From positions 12,078 to 76,077 of the forward strand of contig JAFTRC010000056.1 of NCBI GenBank assembly GCA_017462455.1: a DNA stretch of 64,000 bases, in the 5' to 3' direction. The stretch is from Bacilli bacterium (lineage in GTDB: Bacteria; Bacillota_I; Bacilli_A; RF39; UBA660). Both the position numbers and the translations under genes were made by a program. Under the pieces are notes generated by a model. The model was given only the letters and a program-made list of their open reading frames with translations. It had not been told where the DNA came from and made no database searches. The first letter of the stretch is position 1. Every line of letters begins with the position of its first letter. Below, in pieces: positions 28,466 through 37,419 of the stretch.

Positions 28466-28843
28466 ATGTTTTTAGCAAATTTTGATTTACAAGGACTTTA
28501 TACTTGTGGAGAATTAGGTTTTAATTTTTCAGGAACATTTCCTTATTTAGTACACACTGCAGTTACAATTATAAAAATAGTAGTTCCAATTTTATTAATT
28601 ATATTTGGTATGCTTGATTTAGGTAAAGCTGTAGTTGCTTCTAAAGAAGATGAAATTAAAAAAGGACAACAAACATTTATAAAAAGAGTTATTGCAGCTG
28701 TTATAGTATTCTTTGTAATACAAATAGTTCAATTAATAATTTCATTTGTTTCAAATGGTGATGAAAATATTACAAGATGTTTTAACTGTTTTGTAAATGG
28801 TACTGTTGAACCTGATGAAAATGGTTGTGTAGAAATTAATTAA
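28466..28843 (+). CDS. helical-hairpin pilin-like protein, member D (no obvious signal peptide)
   Basis: Core IKIVVPILLIIFGMLDLGKAVVASKEDEIKKGQQTFIKRV and tail CFNCFVNG. Confidence 0.55.
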   Translation: MFLANFDLQGLYTCGELGFNFSGTFPYLVHTAVTIIKIVVPILLIIFGMLDLGKAVVASKEDEIKKGQQTFIKRVIAAVIVFFVIQIVQLIISFVSNGDENITRCFNCFVNGTVEPDENGCVEIN

Positions 28844-28853
28844 TATTACAACA

Positions 28854-28891
28854 AAAACTACAATTGGTCATTGATTAATTGTAGTTTTTTT
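28854..28891 (+). terminator. Rho-independent terminator separating the two halves of the locus
   Basis: aaaaactacaatt / aattgtagttttt forms a 13-bp stem, followed by a T-run. Confidence 0.7.
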
Positions 28892-28899
28892 GTTATAAT
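28871..28899 (+). promoter_or_regulatory. sigma-A-type promoter TTGATT-17 nt-TATAAT with TGt extension, overlapping the terminator 3' arm
   Basis: TTGATT at 28871-28876 and TGtTATAAT at 28891-28899. Lies upstream of the VirB6-like gene (GGAGG RBS). Confidence 0.55.
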
Positions 28900-28948
28900 T
28901 GTGATATGAGTATGATTGTCTTATTGTGATTTTTAAGGAGGCGTTAAG

Positions 28949-31309
28949 ATGTATACGTTGTCAATAAATATGTGGTTCCAAAAATTAATGAAACAATTCT
29001 TTTTTGGAATAGATCAAATTGTTTATAATTTTATATCTCAAGTATACGATTTGTTAATATCAATAGCAAGGACATCTATACTTTCGCAAGCAGATATATT
29101 AGATATGGCTGATAGAGTTTATAAGTTATTAGCTGTTTTTATGATATTTAAAGTTACTTTTTCTTTAATAACATATGTAGTAAATCCAGATGATTTTTCT
29201 GATAAGAGTAAAGGGGTAGCTAAGTTAGGAACTAATATAGTGATTTCTTTAGCTTTATTAATATTAACTCCATATATATTTAACTATGCATATAGATTGC
29301 AAACAATTATATTAGAAGATAATTCATTAGCTGCTTTGATTTTTGGAGACACTGATAAAGAGGGCAGTAGTGCGAAATTCTTAAATACCGCAGGAGATGA
29401 AATGGCTTTTATAACAATGAGTGCTTTTTTTACACCTAATGTATCGATTGATGAAATTCGAAGTTGTATTGATTTAAAAGACGAATCTGGTGATGGGTTT
29501 AATCCTAATTGTTCTGGGTTAAATAAAGATTATAACGTTATTGATGAAAAAAATAAGAATAACTTAGTCGGTGTAGTTGGAAAAGATAAAACAACAATAA
29601 TTCAGAACTATGTTGCTGGTGTAGAGCATCATAATTTAGGTTTAATGTTTAGAGCAGAAATGGCGGTTGCGACAACTGAAAATGATGAATTTATAATGGA
29701 TTATAAATATATATTCAGTACTATCGTGGGTGTTGTATTAGTTTTATTACTTATAACATTTTGTATGGATGTTGGTTTGCGTAGTATTAAACTTTCTTTT
29801 TTACAATTGATTGCTCCTATTCCAATAATATCTTATGTGGATCCTAAGAGCGGAAAAGATGGGATGTTTAAAAAGTGGTATCAAATGTGTTTTAAAACAT
29901 ATTTAAGTTTATTTATAAGATTATTAGCAATTTATTTTGCTATTTATATCATAAGCAGACTTGATAGTATGGTAGACATAGTTGATGGCTCTGAAGTTAC
30001 AAATTTATTTGTAAAAATATTTATAATTATAGGCGCATTAATGTTTGCTAAACAATTCCCAAAAATACTAGAAGGATTAGGAATTAAGTTAGATGGTGGA
30101 GGATTCACTTTAAATCCTTTAAAGAAATTAGAAAATGATGCTATTGGTGGAAAACAAATCTCAAAAGGAGCAAAAATGGCTACAAGACCTATAAAAGGCT
30201 TGGCTACTGCTGGATTAGTAGGTGGTGCTGCACTTGCTACTGGACAAGGATTTAGAGGCATTGGAAGAGCTTTTTCTGGTGCTATGAAGGGTGAAAAATT
30301 TGGGAAAAATTTTTCTAGTTCATATTCAGCTGCAAGAGCAAGAAAAAAACAAGTTGATGAAATGAGAGCTGATGGTGTAACTCCTGGAGAAGTAAGAAGA
30401 GCAAATCTTTGGAATAAATTTCATGGAACATCTAAAGCTGAACAAGTTCAACAAGTTGAAAATAAAGCTAAAGCTGTGCAATCGTATTATGATAATATAA
30501 AAAACCAAGCTATTGCTTGCGATTCTAATGATAATTCTTATACATATGTAACGGATGAAAATGGTAATAGAGTACGTCGACAAACTAAAAGTGCTAAAAC
30601 ACTTTCGAAAGAATTAGAAGAAATGAAAAAGACTCAAATTAATAGAGATTCTTTTAGAGATATAGATGGAATAAGTGCTCAACAAAAATATCAAGTAGCT
30701 GTTCAAAATAAAGATGATGAAATAGCTGTTGCAAGGCAACAGTTAAATGAGTTGAGAAGTCAAGCAATTGATACATCTAAACCTTTTGCGGAACAAATAA
30801 GAGAACGTGATATACAAAGCAAATTAGAAGAAATAGAAAGATTAGAAAGCGAAAAATCACAAATAAGTGAAGATGATTTTGATGATACTGTAGGAAAAAC
30901 TGCAGATGAACAATATGCTGAAGCAATTGAAAAGCAAAAAGAAACAATAAAAGCCAAAGAAGGAGAACTAGAAGCTAGAATTAATGATTTAGCTAATAAT
31001 AATGTATATTATGAAGATTCAACTGGTGTAGAACATACTGGTACAGGTGTGGATTCAGCGGATAAAGTTATTGAAGAATCAAAAGAAACAATGATTAAAC
31101 TTGCTAAATCTGTTAATGAGACAGGTAAATCTATTGATTCTGAGTTTAAGGATATGTTTGAACCTACTGCTGAAGATATAGAAAATGATAATATCGACGT
31201 TGTTAAGATGATGAAAACTTCAAAAGGTGCGGTTGCTCAAACTACATCTGGTAAAATGTCTGATATTAAAGATGTTGCAAAATATACTAATAAACCAAAA
31301 GGTTCTTAA
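28949..31309 (+). CDS. VirB6/TcpH-like polytopic T4SS membrane protein with long C-terminal coiled-coil/charged region
   Basis: Multiple TM helices in the first 400 aa, a Gly-rich segment, then a charged helical tail. Size and position before the VirB3/VirB4 genes match Gram-positive conjugation loci. Confidence 0.55.
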   Translation: MYTLSINMWFQKLMKQFFFGIDQIVYNFISQVYDLLISIARTSILSQADILDMADRVYKLLAVFMIFKVTFSLITYVVNPDDFSDKSKGVAKLGTNIVISLALLILTPYIFNYAYRLQTIILEDNSLAALIFGDTDKEGSSAKFLNTAGDEMAFITMSAFFTPNVSIDEIRSCIDLKDESGDGFNPNCSGLNKDYNVIDEKNKNNLVGVVGKDKTTIIQNYVAGVEHHNLGLMFRAEMAVATTENDEFIMDYKYIFSTIVGVVLVLLLITFCMDVGLRSIKLSFLQLIAPIPIISYVDPKSGKDGMFKKWYQMCFKTYLSLFIRLLAIYFAIYIISRLDSMVDIVDGSEVTNLFVKIFIIIGALMFAKQFPKILEGLGIKLDGGGFTLNPLKKLENDAIGGKQISKGAKMATRPIKGLATAGLVGGAALATGQGFRGIGRAFSGAMKGEKFGKNFSSSYSAARARKKQVDEMRADGVTPGEVRRANLWNKFHGTSKAEQVQQVENKAKAVQSYYDNIKNQAIACDSNDNSYTYVTDENGNRVRRQTKSAKTLSKELEEMKKTQINRDSFRDIDGISAQQKYQVAVQNKDDEIAVARQQLNELRSQAIDTSKPFAEQIRERDIQSKLEEIERLESEKSQISEDDFDDTVGKTADEQYAEAIEKQKETIKAKEGELEARINDLANNNVYYEDSTGVEHTGTGVDSADKVIEESKETMIKLAKSVNETGKSIDSEFKDMFEPTAEDIENDNIDVVKMMKTSKGAVAQTTSGKMSDIKDVAKYTNKPKGS

Positions 31310-31332
31310 AAATTAAAAGGGTGTGATACTAA

Positions 31333-31653
31333 ATGAATTATTCATATTTAATACCAGCAAACTCAAAAAAGAGTATGCTTATATTTGGGGTATTTAATAC
31401 AGTAGATATGATAATATTTGGTTGTGGGTTAGGAGTGTCTTTGTTATTAATGATGTTCCTTCCTGTTGACCAATTTTGGATTGCTATATTGGCAATCTCT
31501 CCTGGTCTTATAACTGGATTTTTGGTATTACCTATACCGAATTATCATAATGTAAGAACAGTAATAAAGAATGCATGGAATTTTTATACAACAAGACAAA
31601 GATATATATGGAAGGGTTGGTGTTTTGAATATGGCGAAAGAAATAAAAAGTAA
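31333..31653 (+). CDS. PrgI/TcpE (VirB3-like) small T4SS membrane protein
   Basis: 106 aa with two TM helices, directly upstream of and overlapping the VirB4 gene. N-terminus IPANSKKSMLIFGVFNTVDMIIF. Confidence 0.6.
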   Translation: MNYSYLIPANSKKSMLIFGVFNTVDMIIFGCGLGVSLLLMMFLPVDQFWIAILAISPGLITGFLVLPIPNYHNVRTVIKNAWNFYTTRQRYIWKGWCFEYGERNKK

Positions 31654-32170
31654 GTATACTGATGTACCTGTAAAAAATATAGCTAATGGTGTTATTGTGC
31701 TTGATAATAATCAAAAGGTTACTGGAGTTAAAATAATGCCAAGAAATATTTTCATACTTGATCAAAGTATACAAGATGCGATTATAATGAATCTTAAAAA
31801 TGTTTATAATGCTATTGATTATGAATTTTGGATTGTAGTTGCAGATAGACCTGTAGATATAAATGTATACTTATCTCAATTACAACTTTTGTATAATCAA
31901 ATAAATGATACTAAGAAAAGAAAATTGATTTTGGAAGATATTAATAAGGCTAATATGTTTATGAATAATAATGTTGTTGATACAGAATATTTCTTATTAT
32001 TTAAAGATAAAAATAATGATGTATTACAAAAGAGAATTCGTAATCTTATAAATAATTTTGCAAGTGCAGGGTTAACTGCATTTCAAACAAATAATGATGA
32101 TTTAAGAATGATTCTTGATAATTTCTTGAATGGTGGTCAAACTACTACTTTTGGGACGGTGTTAGCATAA
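31631..32170 (+). CDS. VirB4/TcpF-type ATPase, N-terminal segment encoded as a separate ORF
   Basis: The ATG at 31631 gives MAKEIKSKYTDVPVKNIANGVIVLDNN. The TAA stop overlaps the ATG of the next ORF (ATAATG). Confidence 0.55.
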   Translation: MAKEIKSKYTDVPVKNIANGVIVLDNNQKVTGVKIMPRNIFILDQSIQDAIIMNLKNVYNAIDYEFWIVVADRPVDINVYLSQLQLLYNQINDTKKRKLILEDINKANMFMNNNVVDTEYFLLFKDKNNDVLQKRIRNLINNFASAGLTAFQTNNDDLRMILDNFLNGGQTTTFGTVLA

Positions 32171-33954
32171 TGGATATTAGAAGTCAAATTGCTCCAAAGG
32201 GATTGGAGTTTAAACCAAATCAATTTGTTATAAGTGACAAACATGCTTGTATTTTAACTATAATAAGTTATCCTAAGTTTATTTATCCTGGATATTTAAG
32301 TAGTTTAACAAGTATGTCAGGAATAAAGGTAGTAATTAAGCATATACCTCTTCCTTTTAGTAGTATGAGTAAAATGCTTAATAAAGAACTTGCTGATTTA
32401 AAGCAAAGATATCAAGAAGAAAAAGATAAAACTATTCAAGAAAGAATAAGACAAGATTATGAATCATTAGAGATGTTTATAAGTGAATTAGCCGCTAGTC
32501 AATCTAAGATATATGATTTCCAAATGCATGTAATGATAACTGCTAATACTCAAGAAGAATTAGAAGGTAAAAAATTACAAGTAAAAAATTATTTAGAAGC
32601 TATGGAAATGAGAGCAATACCGCTTAGATTTGAACAAGATAAGGTATTAAAATCAATTCTACCAATTTATGAAAAACAAGATATAGAAGATAGAATAGGA
32701 ACTCCTATTCCTTCTCCAACAATAGCTGCTATGTATCCTTTTATATTTGATAGTATTAAAGATCCAGGATTATCTACATTACTTGGTATAGATTTTTCTG
32801 GTGGTGTAATTTTATTTAACCAATTCTTATATCAAATAAAGAAGGAACACAATCGTAATAATGCTAATATGATTATTTTGGGTACTTCTGGTAGTGGTAA
32901 ATCTACTGCAGCTAAGTTGCTTTTAAGAAGTCATATTAGAAATAATAATCAAATAGTAGTTATAGATCCAGAAGGAGAATTAGAAGAAATGACTAGTTCT
33001 TTTGATGGAGATTTTATCAGTTTAGGAAAAGGTGGATCTTTTGGTATGATTAATCCGCTTGAAGTCATAGTAGATGCTGATGAAGAAGAGATGAAACAAG
33101 GATTAGGATATACTGTTTTAACTCGTACTTTACAGACAATAAAAGCATTTTTAAAATACTATGATCCTAGTATTGAAGAAGATGTGGTTAATATGTTTAG
33201 TGAAGTTGTTCAAGAAACATATAAACGTTTTGGTATAGATTTTAATGTAGATTTTACTAAGTTTAAGTCAGAGGATTATCCTACTTTTAAAGATGTATAT
33301 GCAACTATAAAAGGTAGAATTTTATCTATGGCAGAAAAATCTCAAGAAAAAGATGTTCTTGAAAAATTAGAAATAAAAATAAGACCAATAGTTAAAGAAT
33401 TGAAATACTATTTTGATGGACATACAACTATAAAACCAAGAAGTAATTTTATAGTATTTAATATAAGAGAAATTATGAATGCAGATAAAAACATTAGAAA
33501 TGCATTATTCTTCAATATATTAAAATATGCCTGGGGATTAACTTTAGATAGTTCTATAAACACTGTAATGATGGTAGATGAAGCTCACGTATTGCTTAGT
33601 GGAGGAAATACATTGGGAGCAGACTTTTTAGCACAAATTCAAAGACGTGCGAGAAAGTATAATACTGGAACAATTATAATAACACAACAACCAACAGACT
33701 TTAGTGATCCTAGTGTAATAACACAAGGTAAAGCTATATTTGATAATGCTTCTTATTATTTAGTAATGGGATTAAAGAAACAAGCTGTTGATGATTTAGC
33801 TAAATTAATTGACTTAAACGATAACGAAAAAGAAAGTATTAAACAATATCAACAAGGTGAAGCTTTATTCGTTTGTGGAAGCAGGCGTATGAGAATAAAT
33901 GTAATTGTATCAGATGAAGAATTAGAATCATTTGGTAGTGGTGGAGGATTATAA
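32170..33954 (+). CDS. VirB4/TcpF-type T4SS ATPase (main part)
   Basis: Walker A ILGTSGSGKST, Walker B VMMVDEAHVLL, and IIITQQPTDF. Confidence 0.85.
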   Translation: MDIRSQIAPKGLEFKPNQFVISDKHACILTIISYPKFIYPGYLSSLTSMSGIKVVIKHIPLPFSSMSKMLNKELADLKQRYQEEKDKTIQERIRQDYESLEMFISELAASQSKIYDFQMHVMITANTQEELEGKKLQVKNYLEAMEMRAIPLRFEQDKVLKSILPIYEKQDIEDRIGTPIPSPTIAAMYPFIFDSIKDPGLSTLLGIDFSGGVILFNQFLYQIKKEHNRNNANMIILGTSGSGKSTAAKLLLRSHIRNNNQIVVIDPEGELEEMTSSFDGDFISLGKGGSFGMINPLEVIVDADEEEMKQGLGYTVLTRTLQTIKAFLKYYDPSIEEDVVNMFSEVVQETYKRFGIDFNVDFTKFKSEDYPTFKDVYATIKGRILSMAEKSQEKDVLEKLEIKIRPIVKELKYYFDGHTTIKPRSNFIVFNIREIMNADKNIRNALFFNILKYAWGLTLDSSINTVMMVDEAHVLLSGGNTLGADFLAQIQRRARKYNTGTIIITQQPTDFSDPSVITQGKAIFDNASYYLVMGLKKQAVDDLAKLIDLNDNEKESIKQYQQGEALFVCGSRRMRINVIVSDEELESFGSGGGL

Positions 33955-33975
33955 TAATAGTTAGGTGGTGACATT

Positions 33976-36414
33976 ATGCCAGAGGAATATGAAAATTTAG
34001 AAGGACAAGAACAAAGTCCTGAAGCTCAAAGATTATCTGAAGCTCAGATGAAGAAACAGCGTAATGTTGCCAACAATGCTAATAATGTTAAAGCTGCAGC
34101 AGACATCGCTTCAAAGAGTGCTAATCCATATGCTAAAGCTATTGGAGGAGCCGTTAAAGTTGCTGATAAGATTAGTGGTGGAAAAGCTTCTGAAAAATTA
34201 GGTAAAGCCTTGAATACTGCTAATAAATTAACACCTGGTGGAAGAATTGCTCAAGGAATGTTAAATAAAATGAGTGAAAGTGGAACCACAGATAGGATAA
34301 ATAAGGCAGTAAATAAAAAAAATCAGACTAGAACTCAAAATATGGCTAGTATGAAAGGTAGTTCAGAAGTTCCTGGTAAGGATTCTGGAAGTTCATTAGA
34401 TAGAAGAGAAGTAGAAGACAATACATCTGATGTGGGAGAGGTTAATTTAAAAGCAACCGCTAAATTTTTAAAAATTGCTTTTCCAGTGATGATGGCAGCT
34501 GTTGTGTTAGTAGTATTTGTTGGTTTATTTATGATTCCCGCGATGGCTGTTGAAAGTTTATTTGGTATAGGAAGTGCTGATGAAGTTTCAGATTCAGAAT
34601 TTAATGACAAAATGGGTAATGTTAAAGAGAGTGACTTAGAGGAAGATAATGCTAAATCTGATCAAACTTTCGAATATGATTTGTTTATTGATAATGAATC
34701 AACTAAATTTAGGAACTCTAAATTGAAGAAGATAAATAAGTTTAGACAATATAATGAAGCAGATATTGAGGAATTAAAAGATTATTATCCAGATATAGAT
34801 AGTTATGTAGATGAAGCAGGAAATAATATGAATACTGTTTATACTTTTTTCTTTAAACTACATTATTTATATAAACATTATGATAATAAGTATAATGTAG
34901 AATTAGATATGCCTTTATTAATGTCTACTTTGACAGTTAAGGAAAAGGATATGAATATAGTATTTAATTCAAATATTATAGGTTATGGTTACACTCAATA
35001 TAAAGAAGGAGAGAATTATTCTAAATTTTTATATGGAGCTGAACGTATTTATAATTCTACAGAAAAAAATGCTAAATATGATATAGAAGTATTAGCTGAA
35101 AATATGGTATCGCAAGTACCTTATAATGCAGAAGATGAAGAAAATACTTGTACTCAAACAGAAGCAGTAGCTGGTATGTGTTATAAAGTAGATAATGATA
35201 AATATAAGGAATTTTTAAAAACTTTTTTAGCAGAAAAGTATTCTATAGATGATGAAACTCAAGTTAAGGGGCTAATAGTTCAAATTTATGATGTTAAAGA
35301 GCAATATGAGGATTTAGTTGGTGATTACGAGGAACAAGAACCTACAATAAATTCAGCTACTTCTACTACGTATTGGTGGCCAATAGGTAGTAAAGAAACC
35401 ACTGTTGTAGATGGAAAAACATTTGCTACAGGGGATCCGGAAACCACAATTGTAACCTCTCCGTATGGTTATAGATCAGATCCAATAACAGGAGCAAGAA
35501 AGTTGCACACTGGTGTGGATATAGCTGGTGGTAGTGGTTTAGGTAATGTAAATATAATTGCTGCACGTGATGGTGTAGTTGTTTATCCAACAAAAGGTGC
35601 AAATACGTCTTGTCCTTCAAATTATAGTAGTACAAGTTATAATTGTAGTAGTGGGGCATATGGAAATTATGTAATTATTCAACATAGTGATGGTAATTAT
35701 ACTTTATATGGACATTTACATGCCAATACAATAACTGTAACTGCTGGTGATAGTGTAAAGCAAGGTCAAGTTATAGGTAAGATGGGTACTAGTGGATATT
35801 CAACTGGGGCACATTTGCACTTTGAGGTTAGAGAAGGTGCTAATTCATATTATTCAACTGTAGAACCTTTAGGATATATTTCTGCAGAAAATCCACGTAT
35901 TGTATCAACAGGAGGAGAATTTTTATCTTGGTTAAATAGTTGGGAAGGACATTCTCCTATTAGCGGAGATTATTATATTGTAGAAGATATTGGCGATGGA
36001 GTTAGAACTGTTGGCGGTGGTGTTACTTTGGAACACAATGCAGGTAGATTTGCTGCCTATGGAATAGACATAAATGATTATCCAGTAGGAAGCCAAATTT
36101 CTAAGTCTATTGTAGATTCAATACAATTAGAGGAGATAGCTTCTAAAAGAAGCTATATTGAAAATGTATTATCTAATAATTCAATAGTATTAGAAGAAAA
36201 ACAAATTCAGGCTTTAGTTTCACAAATGTATAACTGTGGAAATATAAATGGATTTGTAGCTGCATATAAAGAATATGGAAATACTGATACTTTCTATGAT
36301 AATTGGTTTTTTAGAAATATAATGAGAGGTTCACAGTTTGAAAAGGGGTTAACTCGTAGAAGAAATGCTGAGTGGTCACTGTTTCATGCGGGAGAATATA
36401 TCTATAATGGTTAG
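33976..36414 (+). CDS. membrane-anchored bifunctional cell-wall hydrolase (M23 peptidase + lysozyme-like domain), TcpG/VirB1 analogue
   Basis: M23 motifs HTGVDIAG and GAHLHFEVR. The C-terminal WEGHSP...GGGVTLEHN...QMYNCG resembles phage-type lysozymes. TM helix at about aa 170-195. Confidence 0.8.
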   Translation: MPEEYENLEGQEQSPEAQRLSEAQMKKQRNVANNANNVKAAADIASKSANPYAKAIGGAVKVADKISGGKASEKLGKALNTANKLTPGGRIAQGMLNKMSESGTTDRINKAVNKKNQTRTQNMASMKGSSEVPGKDSGSSLDRREVEDNTSDVGEVNLKATAKFLKIAFPVMMAAVVLVVFVGLFMIPAMAVESLFGIGSADEVSDSEFNDKMGNVKESDLEEDNAKSDQTFEYDLFIDNESTKFRNSKLKKINKFRQYNEADIEELKDYYPDIDSYVDEAGNNMNTVYTFFFKLHYLYKHYDNKYNVELDMPLLMSTLTVKEKDMNIVFNSNIIGYGYTQYKEGENYSKFLYGAERIYNSTEKNAKYDIEVLAENMVSQVPYNAEDEENTCTQTEAVAGMCYKVDNDKYKEFLKTFLAEKYSIDDETQVKGLIVQIYDVKEQYEDLVGDYEEQEPTINSATSTTYWWPIGSKETTVVDGKTFATGDPETTIVTSPYGYRSDPITGARKLHTGVDIAGGSGLGNVNIIAARDGVVVYPTKGANTSCPSNYSSTSYNCSSGAYGNYVIIQHSDGNYTLYGHLHANTITVTAGDSVKQGQVIGKMGTSGYSTGAHLHFEVREGANSYYSTVEPLGYISAENPRIVSTGGEFLSWLNSWEGHSPISGDYYIVEDIGDGVRTVGGGVTLEHNAGRFAAYGIDINDYPVGSQISKSIVDSIQLEEIASKRSYIENVLSNNSIVLEEKQIQALVSQMYNCGNINGFVAAYKEYGNTDTFYDNWFFRNIMRGSQFEKGLTRRRNAEWSLFHAGEYIYNG

Positions 36415-36423
36415 GTGATAAAA

Positions 36424-36951
36424 ATGAGAGATAAGTCTAAATTAACTGCTATTATCTTAGTTATAATTACTATAGTAGTAGTTGTAATATCTTTTTTTAC
36501 AAAAACGAGTGAACAAAATCAAGTTGGAGATATAAATATAGTTACAAATTATAGTAATTTTTATACAGTTGATTCTTGTCTTTATAGAACTGTAACTTAT
36601 ATGTCTTCTAAAGATAAAGAAAGTTTATACCTTATTTTAAGCGATAATTATAAAAAAGAAAATAATATATCAGAGGAGAATGTTATAGATGTAATTGGAA
36701 CTGTTGGAGAAAATTCAACTTTTATAACGAAAAAAATGTATTATCAAGATATTAACGATAATATAACTAAATATTATGTATATGGAATAATTCAAGAAAA
36801 TTATTTATTTGAAGAAGAAACTGTTAAAGAGTTAGAATATATAGATAAGTATTTTATAGTATATTTAGATACAACAAATAAAACATTTTCTATAGAACCT
36901 TATTCTAAAGAGTTATTTGAAAAATTAGGCGGTGATAGTAATGAAGGATAG
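36424..36951 (+). CDS. small N-terminally anchored protein, VirB8/TcpC-sized candidate
   Basis: TM helix LTAIILVIITIVVVVISFF plus about 150 aa of soluble domain. Assignment is by position and size only. Confidence 0.4.
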   Translation: MRDKSKLTAIILVIITIVVVVISFFTKTSEQNQVGDINIVTNYSNFYTVDSCLYRTVTYMSSKDKESLYLILSDNYKKENNISEENVIDVIGTVGENSTFITKKMYYQDINDNITKYYVYGIIQENYLFEEETVKELEYIDKYFIVYLDTTNKTFSIEPYSKELFEKLGGDSNEG

Positions 36952-37411
36952 TCCTATAAAAATATTTATTATTGTTGTTGTATTACTGTCAATATTTACA
37001 GGCGCTTACTTATTAATAAAGCATTTTATTGAAGATGATTCTTTAGAATATGAAGAATATTTAAAAAATTATGAGGTTAACGAGTATATAGCAACATATG
37101 TTACTGATGAAGATATGGCTAGAAGATATTTAAATGATTATATACATAATATGTATTTTGATATAGAATATGCCTATAGTTTATTAGATGAAGAGTATAG
37201 AAATAAAAAATTTGGAAGTTTAGAAAGTTATAAGAATTATGTATATTCTTTAACTTATTCGACATATCAGATGGAGCGTTATTATAAAACTTCAAAAGAT
37301 GGTTATTTGATATTTGGTGTTTATGATAATAATGGAAATATATTTATATTTAAGACAAAAGGAGTTATGCAGTATAAAGTTTATTTAGATGATTATACAG
37401 TAGAAATATAG
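36941..37411 (+). CDS. small N-terminally anchored protein, VirB8/TcpC-sized candidate
   Basis: TM helix IFIIVVVLLSIFTGAYLLI plus about 130 aa. Overlaps the previous ORF. Confidence 0.4.
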   Translation: MKDSPIKIFIIVVVLLSIFTGAYLLIKHFIEDDSLEYEEYLKNYEVNEYIATYVTDEDMARRYLNDYIHNMYFDIEYAYSLLDEEYRNKKFGSLESYKNYVYSLTYSTYQMERYYKTSKDGYLIFGVYDNNGNIFIFKTKGVMQYKVYLDDYTVEI

Positions 37412-37419
37412 GTGATAAG

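Noticed and set aside
29944-30957. Three minus-strand ORFs within the VirB6-like gene
   Set aside because: They are shadow ORFs. The 105-aa one merely mirrors the Gly/Ala-rich coding segment.
31532-31774. 80-aa minus-strand ORF, and the upstream part (31571-31630) of the + ORF
   Set aside because: The minus-strand ORF is a shadow ORF. The + ORF more plausibly starts at ATG 31631, because the earlier part overlaps the VirB3-like gene in another frame.
34335-35659. Minus-strand ORFs inside the hydrolase gene
   Set aside because: They are shadow ORFs.
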